DNA of 64,000 nucleotides from Polyangiaceae bacterium (GTDB lineage: Bacteria; Myxococcota_A; Polyangia; Polyangiales; Polyangiaceae). A program made the position numbers and the translations under genes. Location of the stretch: the NCBI GenBank assembly GCA_965222375.1, contig CBDCTZ010000013.1:32001-96000 (forward strand), written 5' to 3'. Below, piece after piece: positions 1 to 9,265 of the stretch. Numbering within the stretch: the stretch's first letter is position 1; each line of letters opens with the position of its first letter. The notes under the pieces are model-generated. The model searched no databases. It saw nothing but the letters and a program-made list of their open reading frames with translations, and was not told where the DNA came from.

Positions 1-3000
1 CAAGCCCGCTGGGACCTATGTGACGGAGTACACGTATCGCGACCCCGTCTTCGAAGGGCGGCAAAGGGAATTCCGCGGCTTTGCCCGCGCGAGCGCAAAG
101 CGCATTGGTGACGACAACAGTCCGACGGACATCACGGAAACGCAGTTCCTGCTCGGAGAGTGCGTCGATGAGACGGCTCCCGGTGCCGGGACGGACAATG
201 GCATCGCAGATTGCAGCGTACCCGAGCGCTGGCGCGACAATCCGCGAGAGGCGCTCAAGGGCTTGCCCTTCGTGACGGAGAAGCGCGACGAGAGCGGGCG
301 CGTGCTGTCCACGGAGACGATGGCGTATCGGCTTCGCAAGCTGTACACGGGCCTCGATGGCCGCGAGGTGCGCCACGCCTTCGAGACGAGCAAGACGTCG
401 TATCTGTACGACACCGACAACTTCGTCCCCGCCACCGAGACCGTCACCCTGCCGCGAGTACAAGTCGAGCGCGCGCCCGCGCCAAACGGCGACGCCACGG
501 TGCCACCTGCGAGCAACGCGGATTGGACGATCGAAAACGGCAGCGTGACGCTCAAGTCGGCGGCGGGCCGCGCGCGGATTCAGAGCACCAGCCAAGTGGA
601 CGTCTTTGGCAATCGGCGCAAGGCGATCGCGCTCGGCTGCACCCAAGGCTGCCCCGGCGGCACCGACGAGGAGATCACGACGGTCACGGAGCCCGCTCGA
701 CCCGCAGGCGATCCGACCGGCTGGCTGTGGCGCACAGTACGGACCTATGTTGACGGCAACGTCTACTTCAATGGGATCTTGAAAGAGACGCTCACGGCGT
801 ATTCCCCCGAAGGCGTTCCGCTGACGAGCACGCAGAAGCTCAGTGGCTTCGAGGCACTCGATCGCTTCCATGCAACCGGGGGCACCGTCGCGCCGCCGCC
901 AGCAGACGCTTCGAGCGGCGCCGACATCGTTTGGACGACTCAGTACGATTCCTTTGGCAATGTAATCAAGGAGTTCGGGCCGAATGGCCGCTGCCGCGAA
1001 GTGGACTACGACACTTCGTATTCGCAGCTGCCCATCGAGGAGCGCATGCGCACCAACGGCTGCATGTCGGCGGCGCTGACCACGAAGGTCGAAGAATATG
1101 ATCGCGGCTTGGCGCTCGCAACGGACGTCCGCGACATGCAAGCGCAGCCCACGGTCGTGACCTACGACGGCTTCGGGCGACTGGTCACGCTCACGAGACC
1201 CCATCCCGATGCACCGGGGATCCCTTCGCCGGTGCCCAGCGTGATCATCGAGTACTTCCTGCCGCCCGATCTGGGAGCACCGGGGCAAGTCTTCCACTCG
1301 ATCATGCACACGCAAACGCAAGACGCGGAGACGATCGCCGACGGCTCGGAATATCTCGAAAGCTGGAGCTACGTCGACGGCTTCGGGCGCACGTTGGTGA
1401 CGTTGCAAGAGGCCGACCCAACCGAGGACGGCGCGCCCTGGATCGCCAGCGGGCAAGTCGCCTTCGACAACAAGGGCACCGTCGAGCGCAAGCACTTGGA
1501 GAGCTTCTACAGCGGAACACCGAAGGTGTTTCCGTTTGGAGCGGTGCCGAGCGCTCCGTATGGGTCGCAGCGGTACGACGCGTTTGGGCGGCAGAAGTTC
1601 ACGACGGACTTGGATGGGACGATCACGTTGTATTCGGCCTATCACGCGCTTTCGACGGACATGTGGGATGCGGCAGACCTGGAAGCCGGTCCGCACGCCG
1701 GGACGTTTGCGAGTGAGACGAAGGACGGGCACGGACGCACGGCGTTTACCACCGAGCGGTTCCACGAGGGGTCAACCCTTCGAGAAAGGATCACGCGCAC
1801 CACGTACCTGCCAACAAATGAGCCACAAGTGATCAAGCGCGAGCTGGCGGGCTCGAGCGAAAGCGTGACCCGCTGGATGCGCTACGACTCGCAAGCCCGG
1901 ATGGTGCTCAACGTCGAGCCCAACACGACCAAGGGCTACACCGCAGACCCGACGCAAAACCCAACGACGCTCAAAGCCTGGCGCTACGCCTACAACGACG
2001 CTGGCGATCTCGTTGGCACAAGTGATGCGCGCGGATGCGGCATCAACTTCGATTATGACGGACTCGGGCGCTTGCTCAGTGAGGACTACTCGCCGTGCGA
2101 GGCGCAGCATCAAGCCTACTCGGCGCCCAACGTCGGCGCGCGCACCGGGCTCGAGGTGCTTTACCACTACGATTCTCTGTCGCCGGATCCACCTCCTGGA
2201 TATGGGCAGGTGGCGCCCTTCGTTGTTGGTCGCTTGGTGGCTGTTTACGATCGCGCATCGCTCTCCGTGACAACCTTCGACGGCCGCGGTCGCAGCATAG
2301 ACAGCGCAGTGCGCGTTGCCAAACCCGGCGTCCCCGACGACGCGCTGGCGCAACGCTACGCGCCGCGTTGGTACCAACAAGAGATGTTCTTCGACTCCGC
2401 CGATCGCGAAGTCGCAATGACCACGGGCACGACCACCACGGAGCTCTCTGGCACGCTCGACACGCTCTCCGGCAAGAACACCGCCGTCACCACCACCTAC
2501 TCCCGCCGCGGCACCGTGCAGAGCGTGCAAGGCAGCTACAACACGCTCGTCAAGAAGGTGGTGCGCGCTGCCGATGGATTGCTCGACTCCGTGCAGTACG
2601 GAGACTTGGCTGAGACGCGCACCGACTACGTATACGACATCCGTCGGCGTGTCAGCACTGTGCAGACCTACCGCGGCCCACCGAACGAGTGGAGTGACAT
2701 TCCACCCGCGTACACGCCGCCGCCCATGTTTGGGCCGGATCACCAACCCAGCTTCCAACTGCTGCTGCAAGACGACGAGATCACTTATGACGTCGTCTCA
2801 AATCCCGTCGAAGTGCATGACTGGCGCATTGCGGACGAGTGGCCCGAAGGGGCGAAGCCAGTCACGAAGAAAGCTCAGTACGACGATCTGTATCGAGTCA
2901 AGCGCGTCGACTACCAGTACGCTGCCGGCGACGATGTTTGGAAGAGCCCCTTCGCCGCCGAGAACTCCGGTGACGGCAATCTCCAGGACTCGCGCCGCGC

Positions 3001-4753
3001 CAAACCGTCGCCGCACATTGCCTTCGACAAGCGGGTGCTCTCACAGACGTATTCCTACGACTGGCTCGGGAACACCTCGCAAACCGATGACGACGCCCAC
3101 GGATTCTACGATCGCTCGCTGGGGACCATTGGCAACGGCGCGCTGACGGGCGCCGATCCAAAGCCATACCAACTTGCTTCGGCGGACAACCTAGCTCAGC
3201 CCGGCACGCGCACCGGACGCCTCGCAGCTCGCTATGACGATTGCGGCAACCTGACGCGGCTCGCGGTGGACCGAAACGGGATCTGTCTGCCCGAGGACTC
3301 GAGCTGCAACCAACTCTTCGCGTACGAGTGGGACGAAGTCGGACGACTCACCAGAGCGCGCCGATGGGACATGTCGTCCTCAGCGGTCAGCGGCATCGAC
3401 AACCCCCTGCCCTCGGCAAATGAGGACGTCGACCTGACCAACGCCTACGACGCGGGCGACCAGCGCGTCATCAAGTCCGCCAAGAGCGGCCCCGGCGGCG
3501 GCGCCAATGCCGAGCGGCATACGGTCTACATCTTCGCTTCGCTGGAATTGCGCCGCGCTCGCTTCCAAGGCGGTGACTACGAGCTGAGCGAGACCACGGA
3601 AGTCGGCTACCTGTTTGCCAACGGGGTGCGACTGGCTCGCCTCGTCTACGAGCCCCCGCAGCACAACGTGCCTCGCTTTGGCGCGGGGGATCGGCTGCAT
3701 GTGTTCTTCGAGCTGGGAGACCACCTTGGCTCGAGCAGCGTGGTGCTCGACCAAGCAACAGGCGAGCTCGTGGAGCGCACCACGTACGAGGCGTACGGGA
3801 CGACGGAGAGTGACTACCGGCCTGAGCGGTGGAGTGCTTTCAGGGAGGACTATAAGTTCACGGGGAAGGAAGAGGACGTCACTGTTGGGCTGACTTACTT
3901 TGGCAAGCGGTTTCTCTCCACGCATCTGAACAGGTGGGTGAGTCCGGATCCGTTGGCGGTGCATGTGCCGGGGGAGGCGGACCTCAATCTGTACGCGTAC
4001 GTGAGCGGGCAGGTGCTGAAGAACATCGATCCGCTGGGGCTCGAGAAGAAGGCTGCGGATGCTCGCTCGCAAAGAGAGGCGGACGAGATGGTCGCCGCCT
4101 ACAACAAAGCGCAAGCCCGATTTGAACGCGACGCGGCGAAGCATGCCCACCGAATGGAGGAAGATCGGAAGCTAGATGAATTCTGGACTCGGTACTCTCA
4201 CGGCCAAGCGAAGGACAAGGAGACCCAGGTCGCCAGCAAGCGGAGTGGCGCGGCTGAACGTCAGAAGTGGGAACAGAGGAAGCAAGAGTGGGATGCGTTG
4301 CCTCCTCTGCAAAAGGCCTTAGTCGGCGCAGGTCTTGATCGCAAAGAGGTCGCGGTTGCCAGTGAAACGATTGCCATGGGCGTTGGCGGGCCGGGGGGAC
4401 GCGGCCGCGCGGGCAAGGGCAGAGGTAAAGTAACCACGCTTGGCGAATTCTTGAAAGGCAAGGATGTTGCAGCTGCTCGAAAGAATGCGCAGCGCGTTGG
4501 TACTATTGAGGGGACCATCGATCGATCTGGAGCGGCCGCGAGAAGACGCGGGCGAATGAAGGGCATGGCAACGAAGGCAAAACATGACCGAGATGAGTTT
4601 CCACCGGCGGTAATCAAACCAGATCCAGGAACGCCGCACTCCGTGATGCACATTCCGACCACCGCAAACAGGAAAAGCGGTGGTAAGCTCCGTCACGAGA
4701 TCAGTGGATTGCCGAACAAAACACGTGTTCGAATTGTCGTGCCGAAGAAGTGA
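1..4753 (+). CDS. Rhs/YD-repeat polymorphic toxin (5'-truncated by window), TcB/TcC-like, with C-terminal NucA/NucB-like nuclease tip
   Basis: EFRGF motif near start; many YD repeats; Rhs core FTGKE..GLTYFGKR..RWVSPDP..NLYAYV..DPLGL; tip HDRDEFPPA...SVMHIP..NRKSGG resembles DNase NucA/NucB. Confidence 0.9.
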   Translation, partial: KPAGTYVTEYTYRDPVFEGRQREFRGFARASAKRIGDDNSPTDITETQFLLGECVDETAPGAGTDNGIADCSVPERWRDNPREALKGLPFVTEKRDESGRVLSTETMAYRLRKLYTGLDGREVRHAFETSKTSYLYDTDNFVPATETVTLPRVQVERAPAPNGDATVPPASNADWTIENGSVTLKSAAGRARIQSTSQVDVFGNRRKAIALGCTQGCPGGTDEEITTVTEPARPAGDPTGWLWRTVRTYVDGNVYFNGILKETLTAYSPEGVPLTSTQKLSGFEALDRFHATGGTVAPPPADASSGADIVWTTQYDSFGNVIKEFGPNGRCREVDYDTSYSQLPIEERMRTNGCMSAALTTKVEEYDRGLALATDVRDMQAQPTVVTYDGFGRLVTLTRPHPDAPGIPSPVPSVIIEYFLPPDLGAPGQVFHSIMHTQTQDAETIADGSEYLESWSYVDGFGRTLVTLQEADPTEDGAPWIASGQVAFDNKGTVERKHLESFYSGTPKVFPFGAVPSAPYGSQRYDAFGRQKFTTDLDGTITLYSAYHALSTDMWDAADLEAGPHAGTFASETKDGHGRTAFTTERFHEGSTLRERITRTTYLPTNEPQVIKRELAGSSESVTRWMRYDSQARMVLNVEPNTTKGYTADPTQNPTTLKAWRYAYNDAGDLVGTSDARGCGINFDYDGLGRLLSEDYSPCEAQHQAYSAPNVGARTGLEVLYHYDSLSPDPPPGYGQVAPFVVGRLVAVYDRASLSVTTFDGRGRSIDSAVRVAKPGVPDDALAQRYAPRWYQQEMFFDSADREVAMTTGTTTTELSGTLDTLSGKNTAVTTTYSRRGTVQSVQGSYNTLVKKVVRAADGLLDSVQYGDLAETRTDYVYDIRRRVSTVQTYRGPPNEWSDIPPAYTPPPMFGPDHQPSFQLLLQDDEITYDVVSNPVEVHDWRIADEWPEGAKPVTKKAQYDDLYRVKRVDYQYAAGDDVWKSPFAAENSGDGNLQDSRRAKPSPHIAFDKRVLSQTYSYDWLGNTSQTDDDAHGFYDRSLGTIGNGALTGADPKPYQLASADNLAQPGTRTGRLAARYDDCGNLTRLAVDRNGICLPEDSSCNQLFAYEWDEVGRLTRARRWDMSSSAVSGIDNPLPSANEDVDLTNAYDAGDQRVIKSAKSGPGGGANAERHTVYIFASLELRRARFQGGDYELSETTEVGYLFANGVRLARLVYEPPQHNVPRFGAGDRLHVFFELGDHLGSSSVVLDQATGELVERTTYEAYGTTESDYRPERWSAFREDYKFTGKEEDVTVGLTYFGKRFLSTHLNRWVSPDPLAVHVPGEADLNLYAYVSGQVLKNIDPLGLEKKAADARSQREADEMVAAYNKAQARFERDAAKHAHRMEEDRKLDEFWTRYSHGQAKDKETQVASKRSGAAERQKWEQRKQEWDALPPLQKALVGAGLDRKEVAVASETIAMGVGGPGGRGRAGKGRGKVTTLGEFLKGKDVAAARKNAQRVGTIEGTIDRSGAAARRRGRMKGMATKAKHDRDEFPPAVIKPDPGTPHSVMHIPTTANRKSGGKLRHEISGLPNKTRVRIVVPKK
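3857..4042 (+). repeat. Rhs core repeat copy 1 (direct repeat of 11906-12091)
   Basis: Colinear 186-bp match starting with identical TTCACGGGGAAGGA; 73 of first 93 nt identical by hand count. Confidence 0.9.
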
Positions 4754-5400
4754 CCTTGGGGCCGTCGCTTAACAAGTTGATCCGTATCTCCAGCGAGCCA
4801 GAGGTTGCGGAGCTTGACGAGCCGGTGGGTCCGTTGCCTGCGGGGATTGACCTGGATGTTCTCCAGGAACTGCTTGCACTCTTGAGAGAGAAGAATGGAT
4901 TCTACGCTTTGGAGTCGGCACTGGAGCTGTTCCCAGCGAACAGCGCGACAGACGTGGACCTGATCAGCTGGAATTCACCAACGGGATGGCGTCGCAGCTA
5001 TCCGAAGATCCCGGCCGCGATGCTGTTTTTCGGCCAAGACGTGGTGTGTTGCCAATTCGGAGTCGGCGCTTCGGGGGTGTGGAAGTTGGAACCTGAATCC
5101 GGCGAACTAGAGCTTTATGCGGACAGCCTTGAGCAGTGGGCCGCTCGAATACTCGAGGACTACTCATATGAGGTTGCATGGAAGCTTGCGCATGACTGGC
5201 AGCAAACCCACGGCCCAATACCCGCTGGAATGCGGCTACTTCCAAAGCAGCCCTTCGTCCTAGGAGGAGATTTTGTGTGCGAGAACATGATGGCTGTCGA
5301 AAGAGAAATCGCCATGCAGAAGCTGGGTAGCCTCCACGAACAGATCGCGAATCTGCCAGACGGAGAAAAGGTCCAGATACATGGGTGGCTGGTGTCATGA
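4750..5400 (+). CDS. Cognate immunity protein, SMI1/KNR4 (SUKH)-like with DUF1851-like C-terminus
   Basis: GTGA overlap with toxin stop; NGFYA..ALELFP, FFGQD, LLPKQPFVLGG motifs. Confidence 0.75.
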   Translation: MTLGPSLNKLIRISSEPEVAELDEPVGPLPAGIDLDVLQELLALLREKNGFYALESALELFPANSATDVDLISWNSPTGWRRSYPKIPAAMLFFGQDVVCCQFGVGASGVWKLEPESGELELYADSLEQWAARILEDYSYEVAWKLAHDWQQTHGPIPAGMRLLPKQPFVLGGDFVCENMMAVEREIAMQKLGSLHEQIANLPDGEKVQIHGWLVS

Positions 5401-5491
5401 TTTGCAGCCAGCCCCGCGGCGGACGCTCATGAGTCCGGCGCGGGGCGAGCCGCGCAACGCGCACGCGCACCCTGGCGTCGACAGAATGAGC

Positions 5492-5615
5492 CTGGCTAAT
5501 GCTTCGCTGGCCTGCGGCGCAGCGCCAAACAGCGACGGGGTCGGCCGCTCACCCCGAACTCCATCCGGGCATGGACGCCTTCGGCGCCGTCTGGCCCAGC
5601 GCTCGCATTAGCCAG
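5492..5615. other. Nested inverted-repeat structure (structured RNA, ssDNA hairpin or terminator)
   Basis: CTGGCTAATGC (5492-5502) / GCATTAGCCAG (5605-5615) enclosing CGCTGG/CCAGCG and internal hairpins. Confidence 0.6.
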
Positions 5616-5639
5616 CCAGTGACGTGGATGGTGACGCGG

Positions 5640-6014
5640 TCAGCTGGCTTTTCTGGCTGCTAGGAAGGCGTCTATGGTGCGCAGCAGCGCGTCCTGATCG
5701 CGCTTCGGCAGTTGGTCCATCATTTGGACCCGGCGCAGGAAACGCCGGTTTCCAATCGCCCCATTCTTCTTGGCGACCTTCACGCCGAGCAGCTCATCGG
5801 TGGAGACGCCCAGGGCGGACGCGAGACGTGCGACCACGTCGGCGTAAGGGCGAAGCTTGTTCCGCTCGTAGTCCGAAATCACGGCCTGGATCATTCCGAC
5901 CTTGGTCGCTAGCTCGACCTGCGTGAAGCCACGCTCTTTGCGAACGCGAGCCAGCCTGGAGCCGAAGGACTCACTGGAGCGCGAGGCTTTTCCGGAACGA
6001 GAGGTCCGCACCAT
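5640..6014 (-). CDS. XRE-family helix-turn-helix regulator
   Basis: RLARVRKERGFTQVELA...ISDYERNK..P...LASALGVSTDELLG. Confidence 0.9.
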   Translation of the reverse strand: MVRTSRSGKASRSSESFGSRLARVRKERGFTQVELATKVGMIQAVISDYERNKLRPYADVVARLASALGVSTDELLGVKVAKKNGAIGNRRFLRRVQMMDQLPKRDQDALLRTIDAFLAARKAS

Positions 6015-6049
6015 GAGCCACGAGTCTAAGTGCAGAACAAGAAACCTCC

Positions 6050-6112
6050 TTGACGAATACAGTGGAGCACTGTATTCGAAGAACAGTTGAAGTCAAGCAG
6101 TTTGCGCTTGAC
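6050..6112. promoter_or_regulatory. Divergent promoter/operator region with two palindromes
   Basis: CGAATACAGTG-GAG-CACTGTATTCG (6054-6078) overlapping TTGACG at 6050; GTCAAGC-N7-GCTTGAC (6092-6112). Confidence 0.6.
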
Positions 6113-6136
6113 AGCCTTTTCGTCCTGGAGCGTGAG

Positions 6137-9100
6137 ATGGCGAGAGTAAGCGAGGAAGAAATCCGGGCTTTGAAGCGAGAGATTTCGGTGGAGCGACTCG
6201 CACAGGCCCGGGGCGTGACGCTGAAGAAGCACGGCTCGGACTTGATCGGGCTGTGCCCGTTTCACGACGACCGAGAGCCGAGCTTGGTGATTACGCCCGA
6301 GCGGAACCTCTGGCACTGCCTGGGTGCGTGCCAGGCGGGCGGGACGGTGATCGATTGGGTGATGAAGGCGGAGGGGGTGAGTTTTCGACACGCAGTCGAG
6401 GTGCTGCGCAAAGACCATCCCTCCTTAGCCGCAGAGCCGAGCAAGCGGCGGCCGGCGAAAAGGACGCTGCTGCCCAAGCTGCCTGCGGTGGTGGACACGA
6501 CGGCTTCGGACGCGGAGCTGATGGCGGAGGTGGTGGCCTACTACCAGCAGACGCTGCAGGAGAGTCCCGAGGCGCTGGCGTACCTGGAAAAGCGGGGGCT
6601 GCGAAACGACGAGGCCATCGAACACTTCCGTCTCGGCTTCGCGAACCGCACCCTGTCCTACCGGCTGCCGTCCCGCAACCAACGGACGGGAGCGGAGCTG
6701 CGAGCGGCGCTGGAGCGGATCGGGATCTTCCGACAGAGCGGGCACGAGCATTTGAACGGCTCCCTGGTGATCCCGATCTTCGATGCGTCGGACCGAGCGG
6801 TGGGCATGTACGGGCGGAAGATCACCTCGAGCCTGCGCAAAGGGACTCCCCGGCACCTGTATTTGCCTGGCCCCCATCGCGGCGTCTGGAACCTTTCTGG
6901 CATCGAAGGCGCCCGGGAAGTGATCTTGTGCGAGAGCCTGATCGATGCGCTGACTTTCTGGTGCGCCGGCTTCCGGAACGTCACGACGGCCTACGGCGTG
7001 GAGGGCTTCACGGAAGAGATCCGAGTTGCATTGGCGGCCCAGGGCGTCGAGCGAGTGTTGATTGCCTACGATCGCGACGACGCCGGCGATCGCGCGGCGG
7101 ATAGGCTCGCCCGCGAGCTGGCGGAGCTGGAAGTGGGCAGCGCGCGGGTCTTGTTTCCGAAAGGCATGGACGCGAACTCCTACGCGCTGAAGGTGACGCC
7201 GGCATCGCAGAGCTTAGGCTTGGCGCTGCGCCAAGCGCAGTGGATGCACAAAGGCAAACCGCGAAGCGTTGCAGGTGTCATCGACACGCGTGCCGAGCCC
7301 GCACCCGACATCGAGCAGGTGGAAGCGACAGAGACACCTGCCCCGAACGTCCCGACGCCGCCGGATGCCGAAGCTCATCCCACCTTAGCCGCAGAGCCGC
7401 TTGCAGAAGCGCTGCAGTCCGAGCCGGCGCCTGCGAGCGCATCCGCGCCACCCATGCCCGAAGCGAAGACGTTGGAGGCCGAGAGCGAGGGTGATGACCT
7501 GGTTTTCCGATTTGGCGATCGACGCTGGCGAGTGCGCGGCCTCGGCAAGAACGCCGGCCCCGAGCAGCTGCGCGTAAACCTCCTCGTGGCCCGTGACGGC
7601 GGGGGATTTCACGTGGACACGCTGGAGCTGTACGCGGCGCGGCAGCGCGCGGTGTACGTGAAGCTGGCAGCGGAAGAGCTGGGGCTCGAAGAGCGTGTGG
7701 TGAAACACGAGCTCGGCCAGGTGCTGTTGGCCTTGGAGGAGCGGCAGGAAGCGGAGAAGCTCGCCGCGCAGCAGAAGCAGCAGCGCGCGAAGCTGAGCGA
7801 CGCGGATCGCAACGCGGCGCTGAAGCTGCTGCGCTCGCCGGGGCTCTGCGATCAGCTGCTGGAGGATTTCCGCCTGATGGGTGTTGTGGGCGAGGAAACG
7901 AACAAACTCGTGGGCTACTTAGCTGCCACGAGCCGCAAGCTGGATGAGCCGCTGGCGGTGATCATCCAAAGCTCGAGTGCGGCGGGAAAGTCGTCACTGA
8001 TGGACGCGGTGCTGAGCCTGATGCCGCTCGAAGAACGCGTGCAGTACTCGGCGATGACGGGGCAGAGCCTGTTTTACATGGGCGAGACGGATCTGGCGCA
8101 CAAGATCTTGGCCATCGTCGAAGAAGAGGGCGCGGAGCGCGCGAGCTACGCGCTCAAGCTCCTGCAAAGCGAGGGTGAGCTCACGATCGCGAGCACGGGC
8201 AAAGATCCAGCGACGGGGCGACTGGTGACGCAGGAGTACCGGGTGGCCGGCCCGGTGATGATCTTTTTGACGACGACGGCGATCGAGGTGGACGAAGAGC
8301 TTTTGAATCGCTGCATCGTCTTGACCGTCGACGAAGGCCGCGAGCAAACGCGAGCGATCCATGAGCGCCAGCGCCAGGCGCGGACGCTCGGTGGCGTAGT
8401 GAGCCGGCAGGAGCGGCGCCGGTTGACGTTGCTGCACCAGAACGCCCAGCGCTTGCTCAGGCCACTTTCGGTGGTGAATCCCTTTGCGGAGCAGCTGACG
8501 TTTCCCGATCACCGCACGCGGATGCGACGAGATCACACGAAGTACCTGGGTCTGATCGACGCGATTGCGCTGCTGCACCAGTACCAGCGTCCGGTCCACG
8601 AGGTGGAGCACCGGGGAAACAAGCTTCGGTACGTGGAGGTGACGAAGGAAGACATCGTCTTGGCGAACCGCCTCACTCGCGAGGTGCTGGGCCGAAGCCT
8701 CGACGAGCTGCCACCGCAAACCCGGCGCCTCTTGGGCCTAGTGGACGCGCTGGTGACGGCAGAGACGAAGCGTCTGGGGCTAGATCGGTGCGACTATCGA
8801 TTTAGCCGCCGAGAGCTGCGGGAGCACAGCGGCTGGGGCGACACGCAGCTGAAGGTGCACCTGGGGCGACTGGCGGAGCTGGAGTACGTGCTGGTGCACC
8901 GCGGTCGCCAGGGCCAAAGCTACGTGTACGAGCTGTGCTGGAGCAGAGAGGACGGTGCAGGCACATCTCTGGCGGGTTTGGCGGACGCAGAACAGCTCGA
9001 TGCATCATCTACGATTTCAACTTCGCGGGGGTGCGAGGCAACTTCGCGGGGGTCAGACCCCAACTTCGCGGGGGGTGGTCGGCCCTCGGTCGGGGGGCAG

Positions 9101-9265
9101 TCGGGGGGTGGTCGGGGCCATGAAATGGCCGCGTCGCAGCAGGAAAGCTCCTCGAATCGTGATCGAAAGCACGGCAGCGACGAAAACACGCGTCGCGGGA
9201 ACGGAATTTCTTCGCCGTCGTACGTGAGAGGTGTCGTAGCGGCTCGTCGAGTGGACGTGAGCTGA
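6137..9265 (+). CDS. CHC2 zinc-finger/TOPRIM DNA primase fused to P-loop ATPase (helicase-like)
   Basis: CPFHDD..PSL...WHCLGAC zinc finger; CESLIDA and YDRDDAG TOPRIM motifs; Walker A SSAAGKS; ATG 6137 preceded by GGAG. Confidence 0.88.
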   Translation: MARVSEEEIRALKREISVERLAQARGVTLKKHGSDLIGLCPFHDDREPSLVITPERNLWHCLGACQAGGTVIDWVMKAEGVSFRHAVEVLRKDHPSLAAEPSKRRPAKRTLLPKLPAVVDTTASDAELMAEVVAYYQQTLQESPEALAYLEKRGLRNDEAIEHFRLGFANRTLSYRLPSRNQRTGAELRAALERIGIFRQSGHEHLNGSLVIPIFDASDRAVGMYGRKITSSLRKGTPRHLYLPGPHRGVWNLSGIEGAREVILCESLIDALTFWCAGFRNVTTAYGVEGFTEEIRVALAAQGVERVLIAYDRDDAGDRAADRLARELAELEVGSARVLFPKGMDANSYALKVTPASQSLGLALRQAQWMHKGKPRSVAGVIDTRAEPAPDIEQVEATETPAPNVPTPPDAEAHPTLAAEPLAEALQSEPAPASASAPPMPEAKTLEAESEGDDLVFRFGDRRWRVRGLGKNAGPEQLRVNLLVARDGGGFHVDTLELYAARQRAVYVKLAAEELGLEERVVKHELGQVLLALEERQEAEKLAAQQKQQRAKLSDADRNAALKLLRSPGLCDQLLEDFRLMGVVGEETNKLVGYLAATSRKLDEPLAVIIQSSSAAGKSSLMDAVLSLMPLEERVQYSAMTGQSLFYMGETDLAHKILAIVEEEGAERASYALKLLQSEGELTIASTGKDPATGRLVTQEYRVAGPVMIFLTTTAIEVDEELLNRCIVLTVDEGREQTRAIHERQRQARTLGGVVSRQERRRLTLLHQNAQRLLRPLSVVNPFAEQLTFPDHRTRMRRDHTKYLGLIDAIALLHQYQRPVHEVEHRGNKLRYVEVTKEDIVLANRLTREVLGRSLDELPPQTRRLLGLVDALVTAETKRLGLDRCDYRFSRRELREHSGWGDTQLKVHLGRLAELEYVLVHRGRQGQSYVYELCWSREDGAGTSLAGLADAEQLDASSTISTSRGCEATSRGSDPNFAGGGRPSVGGQSGGGRGHEMAASQQESSSNRDRKHGSDENTRRGNGISSPSYVRGVVAARRVDVS
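9018..9118 (+). repeat. Iteron-like repeats in primase 3' end
   Basis: CAACTTCGCGGGGG at 9018, 9039, 9061; GTCGG at 9078, 9089, 9100, 9111. Confidence 0.75.
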
